64,000 nucleotides of DNA. Origin: Candidatus Yonathbacteria bacterium. GTDB lineage: Bacteria; Patescibacteriota; Minisyncoccia; Phycocordibacterales; UBA1550. The stretch covers positions 29,016 through 93,015 of the forward strand of contig JACRKU010000013.1 of the NCBI GenBank assembly GCA_016215205.1, given 5' to 3'. Of this stretch, positions 18,593 to 25,606 are shown piece after piece. A program made the translations under genes and the position numbers. Under the pieces are notes generated by a model. That model ran no database searches and was not told the origin of the DNA. It saw only the letters and a list, made by a program, of their open reading frames with translations. Numbering within the stretch: the stretch's first letter is position 1; every line of letters starts with the position of its first letter.

Positions 18593-20035
18593 ATGAACTT
18601 TCTAAAAACAAAACGAGAAGAAACAAGAGAAGATATTTTTGGTATTAAAGTTGCAGACCCGTACCGCTGGCTTGAAGATGTAAAAAATCCAGAGGTTAAA
18701 GAGTGGATTGATGCACAAAATACTCACACCGATAATACTCTTCGAAATGAAACATTTGAGACTTTTTCTCGTGAGCTTGTGAAAAATTTTAAAGTCACTA
18801 CTTTTTCAAATCCTGTCCCAATTAAAGGGAGATACTTTTACTATGAGCGACAGCCAGATGAAGACCAAGATGCTTTTTATATGAAAATTGGTATAGACGG
18901 CGAACCCATAAAGCTTGTTGACCCGAACGGCATGAATTATGGTAATACAGTTTCTCTGGATTTTTGTTTTCCGTCTCGGACGGGAAAATATCTCGCATAC
19001 GGTCTTTCTCAAAGGGGGGGGGATGAAATGCCAACTATACATATTAAGGACACTGGCACAAACAAAGACCTTGGTTACAAAATCCCTCGTTGTAAAACTG
19101 CTAATGTAAGATGGCTCCCGGATGACTCAGGTTTTTTCTATAAACGAAACCACGCTGTTGGTGATGTTCCGCAAAACGAAGAGCATCTGCATACGAAAGT
19201 ATATTTTCATAAACTTGGCGATGATCCAATGCCGGATGACTATGCAGTCAAACAAGAATGGTATACATCAAAAGATAGCACACGCGTTCCAATGTTCATT
19301 TTTCATCGCAAGGATATCGCCCATGACGTGGCGCATCCTACCATTCTTTATGGGTATGGTGGTTTTGGAAGAGTTGAAAGCCCCAATTTTAAAAGAGGTT
19401 TTGTGCCATGGATAGAGCGTGGAGGTATTTTTGCAGTAGTGAATATCCGTGGTGGCGGTGAGTTTGGCGAGGTCTGGCACAATAGAGCTACTAAAGAAAA
19501 AAAGCAAAACAGTTTTGACGATTTTATTTCTGCAGGAGAATATTTAGTAGAACAAGGATATACTAGCGCGGAGCATCTAGGAATTTTTGGGGGAAGTAAT
19601 GGCGGACTCCTTGTGTCCGCAGTAGCAGTCCAAAGGCCAGATTTATTTAAGGCGGTGTGCTCCCGCGTACCACTCACTGATATGGCGCGTTTTCCGAAGT
19701 TCGGTATGGCTTTACGCTGGGTTCACGAATACGGTAATCCCGAAAATGAAGTGGATTTGAAAAATATATTAAAATGGAGTCCTTATCACAATGTAAAAGA
19801 GGGAACAGAATACCCAGCCTTTTTGTTTACCACTGCGGAGAAAGATGCGCGTGTCGACCCGCTTCATGCGCGCAAAATGGCCGCGATACTTCAGTCGGTG
19901 AACAAGAAAAACGAGATTTTTCTTTTTACGGAAAAAGAAGCGGGACATGGAAAAGGTAAACCTATTAAAAAAATTGTGGAAAGCCAAGCTCTAACGTTGG
20001 CATTCTTTGTTAAGAAATTAGGACTACGCATCTAG
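18593..20035 (+). CDS. S9-family serine peptidase (prolyl oligopeptidase-like) with strongly reduced beta-propeller
   Basis: N-terminal DPYRWLED POP hallmark; catalytic GGSNGGLL nucleophile elbow and downstream Asp/His region; only 480 aa vs ~700 typical, so propeller region ~130 aa; gene is AT-rich (~38-40% GC) relative to flanks. Confidence 0.75.
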   Translation: MNFLKTKREETREDIFGIKVADPYRWLEDVKNPEVKEWIDAQNTHTDNTLRNETFETFSRELVKNFKVTTFSNPVPIKGRYFYYERQPDEDQDAFYMKIGIDGEPIKLVDPNGMNYGNTVSLDFCFPSRTGKYLAYGLSQRGGDEMPTIHIKDTGTNKDLGYKIPRCKTANVRWLPDDSGFFYKRNHAVGDVPQNEEHLHTKVYFHKLGDDPMPDDYAVKQEWYTSKDSTRVPMFIFHRKDIAHDVAHPTILYGYGGFGRVESPNFKRGFVPWIERGGIFAVVNIRGGGEFGEVWHNRATKEKKQNSFDDFISAGEYLVEQGYTSAEHLGIFGGSNGGLLVSAVAVQRPDLFKAVCSRVPLTDMARFPKFGMALRWVHEYGNPENEVDLKNILKWSPYHNVKEGTEYPAFLFTTAEKDARVDPLHARKMAAILQSVNKKNEIFLFTEKEAGHGKGKPIKKIVESQALTLAFFVKKLGLRI

Positions 20036-20100
20036 ATATTCAAATGTCCTTGGCCTATTGGATTAGCAGGACAAGGGGTTTTTGAGTTATAATCATCTCA

Positions 20101-20625
20101 ATGAACCTTACGAATAACTATAAAGGCCACGCCGGTGTCGAGTATATTTTTGAATATTCTGATGCTGATTCTTTTGATGATTTGAATTTTAATAAGTGCA
20201 CTCAAGTATACGGAGTTTGTTTTTATGGCGATAAAATTGTAATAGGCTTTGGCGGCGCAAAGAAAAGCTGGGGACTAATCGGCGGGACAATTGAAAGAGG
20301 GGAAACGTTTGCGCAAACACTTGTGAGAGAAATACAGGAAGAATCAAATATGAAAGTGATGTCATTCTTGCCAATAGGATATCAGAAAGTTATAGATACA
20401 CGCGATGATAGTTTTTACTATCAGCTTCGCTATGTTTGCCTCGTACAACCCTACGGACCTTTTGTATCTGACCCAGCTCTCTCAGTAACAGAGATAAAAT
20501 TCATAGACCCCAAAGAATACAAGCAGTATTTTGACTGGGGGAGCATAGGTGACAGAATAATAGAAAGAGCATTAGAATTAAAGCATAAACTCAATTACGT
20601 GGGACTTGACAAAAAGCTGAAATAG
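20101..20625 (+). CDS. NUDIX hydrolase
   Basis: Nudix box GGTIERGETFAQTLVREIQEESN; AT-rich like the upstream peptidase gene. Confidence 0.75.
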   Translation: MNLTNNYKGHAGVEYIFEYSDADSFDDLNFNKCTQVYGVCFYGDKIVIGFGGAKKSWGLIGGTIERGETFAQTLVREIQEESNMKVMSFLPIGYQKVIDTRDDSFYYQLRYVCLVQPYGPFVSDPALSVTEIKFIDPKEYKQYFDWGSIGDRIIERALELKHKLNYVGLDKKLK

Positions 20626-20673
20626 TGTACACTTGATATAGTAATTTCACTCACCCAAAAGGAGCTCTTTGTT

Positions 20674-21087
20674 ATGAATATGGCGATTGTGAAGCAGTAT
20701 CTGAAGAATGCTTTTCGGGTTGTAGCCGTACTGACGATTGCCGCCCTCAGTATGATTATCGGCGACAAGTTTCAGCCGGTCACCTATTTAGGACTGACTG
20801 CGGATTATCTGCATCAGACGGAGGTGAAAAAGACGGTCGTTCACAAAACGTCGCCCGTAAAGGTTGCCGATAAGGTTACCAAAAAGGGAGAGACTCAGAC
20901 GTCGCAGAAAGACGTGCTCTGGGAACATGTCGGGAAGCTCAAGGGCGAATATGTGGTGAAAGACGGAGACACGCTGTGGAACATTGCGCGAAAGCACGAT
21001 GTTTCGCCGAAGAAACTCCTTCTCGCAAACAACATGACACGCGACACCAAATTGCGCCCCGGCCAGCTGATCACAATTCCAAACTGA
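20674..21087 (+). CDS. LysM domain membrane-anchored protein
   Basis: N-terminal TM (VVAVLTIAALSMIIG), C-terminal LysM (YVVKDGDTLWNIARKHDVSPKKLLLANNMTRDTKLRPGQLITIP). Confidence 0.7.
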   Translation: MNMAIVKQYLKNAFRVVAVLTIAALSMIIGDKFQPVTYLGLTADYLHQTEVKKTVVHKTSPVKVADKVTKKGETQTSQKDVLWEHVGKLKGEYVVKDGDTLWNIARKHDVSPKKLLLANNMTRDTKLRPGQLITIPN

Positions 21088-21107
21088 TACAAGCATATGT
21101 ATTTCTT

Positions 21108-21149
21108 ATACACGGAACCGTAAGTATGGTTCCGTGTATTTTCTTTTTG
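21108..21149 (+). terminator. Rho-independent terminator
   Basis: atacacggaacc / ggttccgtgtat perfect stem then TTTCTTTTTG. Confidence 0.8.
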
Positions 21150-21267
21150 TTAAACTCTGGCAATAGACGTTTGCGTTAATGTAGATTATATGTTACGATG
21201 CAGTCAGTTTTTAAGTGTTCTTTTCAATTGGCACATCGTGCCCGTAAACTAAGGGGAGAAAGCAGTA

Positions 21268-21432
21268 ATGAATGACAATATTGACAAACACATGGAAGTA
21301 GAGGTGGGAGCGTTTTGCCCCGTTGATTTTACTCCACTTATCGGAAAGCGAGACCACTGTGGGAAACCATGCACAAACATTGGTACCTCCTCCGACCAGG
21401 ACAAGAAAAATAAAGAAGACACAATAGATTAA
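21268..21432 (+). CDS. Small hypothetical protein (54 aa, 3 Cys), below ORF-track cutoff
   Basis: AAGGGGAG RBS 8 nt upstream of ATG; translates MNDNIDKHMEVEVGAFCPVDFTPLIGKRDHCGKPCTNIGTSSDQDKKNKEDTID; own terminator at 21458. Confidence 0.35.
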   Translation: MNDNIDKHMEVEVGAFCPVDFTPLIGKRDHCGKPCTNIGTSSDQDKKNKEDTID

Positions 21433-21457
21433 TATCCTGTGTTTTCATTCATTTCAG

Positions 21458-21492
21458 CCTCGCGCATTACGATGCGCGGGGTTTTTTTTCTT
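21458..21492 (+). terminator. Rho-independent terminator
   Basis: cctcgcgcat-tacg-atgcgcgggg hairpin followed by TTTTTTTTC. Confidence 0.7.
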
Positions 21493-21559
21493 TTCTCCTT
21501 ACTATGCGTGGCGCCCTTGCGCACTTTTACAATTTGTGGAAATAGATTAAAATAAGTTT

Positions 21560-21985
21560 ATGGTAGTCAATTTGATTTTTATATCGGCAATTTTATTTTT
21601 CAGCATCTTATTTGTTCTCGGTGTTCACAAAGACATCCGAGACCGCAAGCGAGTTGAGATGCTCATAAAGAATACGAAAGTGTCGAACGAGCGTTTGCGA
21701 ACAATGGAAGGACAGAAAATGGAGTTTGCATCTATTGCAGTGCATCAGTTACGCGCGCCACTCGCGGTTATAAAAGGGTATGCCTCAATGATTCTTGAGG
21801 GGACATTTGGCGCTATTTCCGACCCTGCGCGCGACGCGGTGGAGAAGCTTTATAAATCGAGCGAAAAAGTTGTTGCATCGGTCGAGGACCTGCTTGCTCT
21901 ATCGAGTAGCGATAGAGCGGACTTCGACCAAGGCGCGTGGATGACGGATGAGCCTCAGAATACAGCAAATCGCGAAGGTTCATAA
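21560..21985 (+). CDS. Membrane-anchored histidine-kinase DHp (HisKA) domain protein lacking a catalytic ATP-binding domain
   Basis: N-terminal TM; H-box AVHQLRAPLAVIKGY aligns to SHELRTPLtsIkGY with the phospho-acceptor His present; protein ends after second DHp helix (141 aa), no N/G1/G2 boxes. Confidence 0.65.
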   Translation: MVVNLIFISAILFFSILFVLGVHKDIRDRKRVEMLIKNTKVSNERLRTMEGQKMEFASIAVHQLRAPLAVIKGYASMILEGTFGAISDPARDAVEKLYKSSEKVVASVEDLLALSSSDRADFDQGAWMTDEPQNTANREGS

Positions 21986-22036
21986 GAAGAACCTATCTAA
22001 GTGAAATTTGAGCAAAAAGAATGATATACTTATTTC

Positions 22037-23272
22037 ATGATTGGCAGCATATTTGATATTATCAACAACATCTCGCTTGCAGGATTGGGGGTTGTAATAA
22101 GCAGTTTTTTTGCAGCTCTACTTTGTGGGGTTATTTTTTGGCAAGATGTAACAAAACAGAGGAGCTTGCTCCTCTTTCTTTTTGGAATCGTTAACGCCTT
22201 GGCGGCGCTTGCTTACGCATTTTTGGGAGATTCACTGGGCACTTCTGTCGCCTATGCGGGAATGATAATGCTCTATATCGCTTCTAGTGTTGCGCCGGTG
22301 TTTCTTTTTGTAAAATATAATTTGGGGGATATTAAAATCATAGCGATTGAATTATTTATTTCAATAACAGTGCTTGTGCTCGCCGTGGAACTTTTTTTTG
22401 CGGACTCGCTTCTTGATCTGTTTATCAAAACGGGGATTACGGTTCTTGTTGTTTTTGCAAGTTCATTTTTGGTGCGGAGTGTAAAGCGCGAGATACAGTC
22501 CCAAGATCAAATTGCGTGTTTCTCGCATAACCTAGACATTACGCGCGAGCGATTGCGAATTCTCGACAAGAAAAAATCAGAGTTTATTTCCATTGTAGCG
22601 CGTGATTTACTCGGACCACTGACCGCAATAAATGGCTACGCCTCCACGCTCGCAAGAGGGTCCTTTGGCGAGCTTTCAAGACCGATACAAGAGGCAGTTG
22701 AAAAAATCTTTATCTCAAGCGGACACCTTGTTGCCGTGGTTTCTGATTTTGTGGATATTTTACGCATTGAAAGTGGAGACATGAAATACAATTTTACCGA
22801 TGTAGATATGAAGAAACTCGTACTCAGTGTAGCAAACGAGACGAAGAGGGTTGCAGACAGCGCACATTTGACATTTAACACAACAATTGATGACAGCGCG
22901 CCTCTCAGACAATTTATAACAGTGGGCGATGAAAACAAATTGCGACAAGTTATTTTGAACCTTATTGATAATTCCATAAAATATACGCCTCACGGAGAAG
23001 TTTCACTGCTCCTCCGCGAAAGTCCCGATAAGAAAAAAATTCTTTTTAGTCTGTCGGACACGGGGATAGGGATGAGTCCGTCAACGCTCGGAAAAATCTT
23101 TAGAAAATTTAGCCGTGCCGAACAGGTAAACACGGTATATACTGAAAGTATCAGTCTAGGTCTCTACGTCGCAAAAGAGATCGTGGATAAGCACGCGGGC
23201 AGGATTTGGGCGGAATCAAAGGGGGAGGGAATGGGGTCAACGTTTTTTGTAGAGCTTGCGGCAAAGCCATAA
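22037..23272 (+). CDS. Polytopic sensor histidine kinase-like protein with His-to-Arg substitution at the phospho-acceptor position
   Basis: ~5 TM helices; DHp SIVARDLLGPLTAINGY aligns to canonical H-box with R in place of H; intact HATPase_c (N-box LIDNSIKYT, G1 SDTGIGM, G2 GLGLY); DHp helices paralogous to upstream 141-aa gene (GTFGAIS.P..DAVEKLY vs GSFGELSRPIQEAVEKIF). Confidence 0.75.
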   Translation: MIGSIFDIINNISLAGLGVVISSFFAALLCGVIFWQDVTKQRSLLLFLFGIVNALAALAYAFLGDSLGTSVAYAGMIMLYIASSVAPVFLFVKYNLGDIKIIAIELFISITVLVLAVELFFADSLLDLFIKTGITVLVVFASSFLVRSVKREIQSQDQIACFSHNLDITRERLRILDKKKSEFISIVARDLLGPLTAINGYASTLARGSFGELSRPIQEAVEKIFISSGHLVAVVSDFVDILRIESGDMKYNFTDVDMKKLVLSVANETKRVADSAHLTFNTTIDDSAPLRQFITVGDENKLRQVILNLIDNSIKYTPHGEVSLLLRESPDKKKILFSLSDTGIGMSPSTLGKIFRKFSRAEQVNTVYTESISLGLYVAKEIVDKHAGRIWAESKGEGMGSTFFVELAAKP

Positions 23273-23393
23273 AAACCTTGTCAAATGGTGCTTTTTGGTG
23301 TATTGTGCGTCAGTGCTATCGTATTTTGGGAGATCGTCGTATGGTGGGAATGAAAAATGAAGCAGTTCATTTTTCATCCGGTTTCGTGAGAAA

Positions 23394-23509
23394 ATTGCCG
23401 TTGTTTTTGTTTTAAGCTGGGAGATCGTCTAATGGTAGGACAGCGGCCTTTGAAGCCGTGAATCTAAGTTCGATTCTTAGTCTCCCAGCTTAAAACAAAA
23501 ACCGGCAAT
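23394..23509. repeat. ~28-30 bp inverted repeat flanking and overlapping the tRNA-Gln gene
   Basis: attgccgttgtttttgttttaagctgggag (upstream) vs reverse complement of ctcccagcttaaaacaaaaaccggcaat (downstream): near-perfect pairing extending the acceptor stem by >20 bp. Confidence 0.55.
23418..23488 (+). tRNA. tRNA-Gln (anticodon UUG)
   Basis: Manual fold: acceptor TGGGAGA/TCTCCCA, 3-bp D-stem (Gln-like), anticodon stem GCGGC/GCCGT loop CTTTGAA (U33, UUG, A37), T-arm CTAAG-TTCGATT-CTTAG, discriminator G; D-arm closely resembles E. coli tRNA-Gln. Confidence 0.8.
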
Positions 23510-23515
23510 AGGCGA

Positions 23516-23559
23516 GCCTTTGAAGCCGTCAATCTTGGTTCGATTCCAAGCCTCCCAGC
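23516..23559 (+). repeat. Degenerate direct repeat of the 3' half of tRNA-Gln (anticodon-loop to acceptor 3' end), no 5' half
   Basis: gcctttgaagccgtcaatcttggttcgattccaagcctcccagc vs tRNA ggcctttgaagccgtgaatctaagttcgattcttagtctcccagc; T-stem changes are compensatory (CTTGG/CCAAG) but no complementary 5' acceptor strand exists upstream. Confidence 0.5.
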
Positions 23560-23600
23560 AATGAATATAAACCACCGATAGAAAGTGATAGGATTCTTTT

Positions 23601-23906
23601 ATGAAGAAGAGTAATTACAGAGTTGGCGCCAAGGTGTGGATTTATCCGAGCGAAACTGCGCAGTGGCACTTTGTGAATGTTCCCAAAAAGGAATCAATAG
23701 AAATTACTAAGAATTTTGGTGGAGTTTTGCGCGGGTGGGGTTCGCTTCCCGTATCTGTAACAATTGGAAAGACAACATGGATTACATCAATTTTTTCGGA
23801 CAAAAGATCAGGTTGTTATCTTTTACCAATTAAGTCTAAGGTGAGGGAAAAAGAAGGAATTCTAGTAGACGACAATATTGTCTTTACTTTTAAAATTTTC
23901 CCATAA
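23601..23906 (+). CDS. DUF1905-like small protein (hypothetical)
   Basis: ...VWIYPSETAQWHFVNVPKK...GWGSLPVSVTIGKTTWITSIFSDKRSGCYLLPIKSKVREKEGI... resembles the DUF1905 pattern (KxxxYxxxGGWxFVxxP...VxVTIGKTTWxTSLFP...YLLPVKKxVR) as remembered, not searched. Confidence 0.5.
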   Translation: MKKSNYRVGAKVWIYPSETAQWHFVNVPKKESIEITKNFGGVLRGWGSLPVSVTIGKTTWITSIFSDKRSGCYLLPIKSKVREKEGILVDDNIVFTFKIFP

Positions 23907-24097
23907 AGATACACTGATATATAGCCCCAAAATGTTCCAATCCCCCCCCTTATACCCCCGCCAAGCTCAAAAGCTTGACATTAAAACCAAGGTAGTGTAG
24001 GATACCCCAATCGACCAATTCTCTGGTCGATTTCATTTTTTGCCATCTGGCAAGACAGTGAATGTTCTTTCAACTCAACTACACGGAGAATTACACG

Positions 24098-24391
24098 ATG
24101 AACAATCGCAAGACTGGTACGCAGAAGAAAGCCATGCTCCCCATCACGATCAACGGCTCCAAGGCCGCGATCGACGCCTCCACCATCCCTGCGAACAAGT
24201 GGTACCACTGCCACGGCCAGACCAAGGCCGGCGTCCAGGTGAACAGCCTGCAAGCCTCCTTCGTTGGTGATTCGGTCATCGTCAAGCGCCACGACGGCTT
24301 CGAAACTTCGTTCGATGCCAACGAGTTCGAGATCCTGGCGGCGAAGTACAACGAAGCCCGCGATGCGGCGAACAAGGCGCTGTTGGCCTAA
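24098..24391 (+). CDS. Hypothetical protein encoded by a compositionally foreign high-GC (~60%) gene
   Basis: GGAG RBS; GC3-rich codon usage (atc, acg, ggc, gcc, aag) unlike neighbours; upstream TTGACA promoter-like box and two palindromes (atcgaccaattctctggtcgat; ttgccatctggcaa); no recognised domain. Confidence 0.5.
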   Translation: MNNRKTGTQKKAMLPITINGSKAAIDASTIPANKWYHCHGQTKAGVQVNSLQASFVGDSVIVKRHDGFETSFDANEFEILAAKYNEARDAANKALLA

Positions 24392-24425
24392 GCCGGAAGC
24401 AGTCATCATTTTGTAGTAAGTAGCA

Positions 24426-24460
24426 AAGACGGTCCCGTAAAAAGGACCGTCTTTTTTCTG
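24426..24460 (+). terminator. Rho-independent terminator
   Basis: aagacggtcc / ggaccgtctt stem, loop cgtaaaaa, then TTTTTTCTG. Confidence 0.75.
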
Positions 24461-24508
24461 TCTTTTTTCTTGCAAAATTTTAGGTGGAATTGATATACTG
24501 GCATATAT

Positions 24509-24904
24509 ATGTCACACATCACAAATATACTCAAAGAGACTGTCGAGAATACCAATTTTAGAAAAGTGCTTTTCACCGGCGCACGAAGCCAACTTGTGGC
24601 GATGGATATTCCATCAGGCGGTGAAATAGGAGAGGAGATACATCATAACGTAGAACAAACTCTTTTTTTCTTGAGTGGCACAGGGAAAGCGATTCTCGAC
24701 GGGAAAGAAAGTTCAATCGGCGCCGGAGACGTCGTGGTTGTGACACCTGGCACGAAACATAATTTCAAAAATGACGGAATTGATTCGCTCAAAGTTTATA
24801 CCGTGTATGCACCTCCAAATCACATTGATGGACGGATTCACGCCACAAAAGCCGATGCAGACAAAGACGATGCCGACGAAGCGTACGGCGAGGCCGTAAA
24901 ATAG
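24509..24904 (+). CDS. Cupin-domain protein
   Basis: ...GGEIGEEIHHNVEQTLFFLSGTGKAILDGKESSIGAGDVVVVTPGTKHNFKNDG... cupin_2 two-motif pattern (G(X)5HXH...E / G(X)5PXG(X)2H). Confidence 0.7.
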   Translation: MSHITNILKETVENTNFRKVLFTGARSQLVAMDIPSGGEIGEEIHHNVEQTLFFLSGTGKAILDGKESSIGAGDVVVVTPGTKHNFKNDGIDSLKVYTVYAPPNHIDGRIHATKADADKDDADEAYGEAVK

Positions 24905-24962
24905 CGCCGCAAGTTCTTATTGAAGTTTGAGCGGAATCTTGATAAGATATTGTCCATATCAT

Positions 24963-25514
24963 ATGGTATACGATTTTTCAGGATTTAAGAAAAAAACAGG
25001 CTGGATTGCCGAACATTTGAGCAAAGAGCTTTCCGCTATTCACACAGGGCGCGCGTCCGCAGCGATACTTGACGGTATTTTTATCGAGTCGTACGGCGCC
25101 GCGCTCGCGGTTCAGCATGTGGCAACTATCGCAAGCGAAGATGCGCGTACGCTCCGTATCGTGCCGTGGGAAAAAGCGAACGGCAAAGAAATTGAAAAAG
25201 CAATCAACGCCGCAAACCTTGGCGTTTCCGTATCCACGGATGATGCCGGGCTCCGCGTCTTTTTCCCGCCGCTTACTACCGAGCGTCGAGTTTCTTTTAC
25301 AAAAATCGTGCGCGACAAAGTAGAATCCGCGCGCGTGACACTAAAGAGCGCGCGCGAGCAAACAAAGAATTCCATCATTGAGACGGAGAAGGGCGGCGAG
25401 ATGAGTGAAGATGAAAAAACTCGCGCGCTCGAAGATCTTCAAAAGTTTGTCGATGAGGCAAACAATAACCTCGAGTCTATCGGGGAGAAAAAAGAAAAAG
25501 AAATAATGGGCTAA
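24963..25514 (+). CDS. frr: Ribosome recycling factor
   Basis: ...AIHTGRASAAILDGIFIESYGAALAVQHVATIASEDARTLRIVPWEK...GLRVFFPPLTTERR... RRF pattern; start chosen at M13 of track ORF. Confidence 0.85.
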   Translation: MVYDFSGFKKKTGWIAEHLSKELSAIHTGRASAAILDGIFIESYGAALAVQHVATIASEDARTLRIVPWEKANGKEIEKAINAANLGVSVSTDDAGLRVFFPPLTTERRVSFTKIVRDKVESARVTLKSAREQTKNSIIETEKGGEMSEDEKTRALEDLQKFVDEANNNLESIGEKKEKEIMG

Positions 25515-25606
25515 AACATTCTGCGGAGCTCCGCAGAATGTTCGCCCGAACATTTGTAATCAAATGTTTTAGGGAGAGTAATTCGCTCTGTTTTAACACT
25601 ATCTAG

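Noticed and set aside
23510-23570. Possible second complete tRNA immediately after tRNA-Gln
   Set aside because: A T-arm and an acceptor 3' strand are present, but no complementary 5' acceptor strand or anticodon stem can be formed from the upstream sequence. It is treated as a 3'-half repeat, not a gene.
23981-24475. 164-aa minus-strand ORF overlapping the high-GC gene
   Set aside because: It is antisense to a well-supported + strand gene (RBS, promoter, terminator). High GC inflates spurious ORFs. It has no start context.
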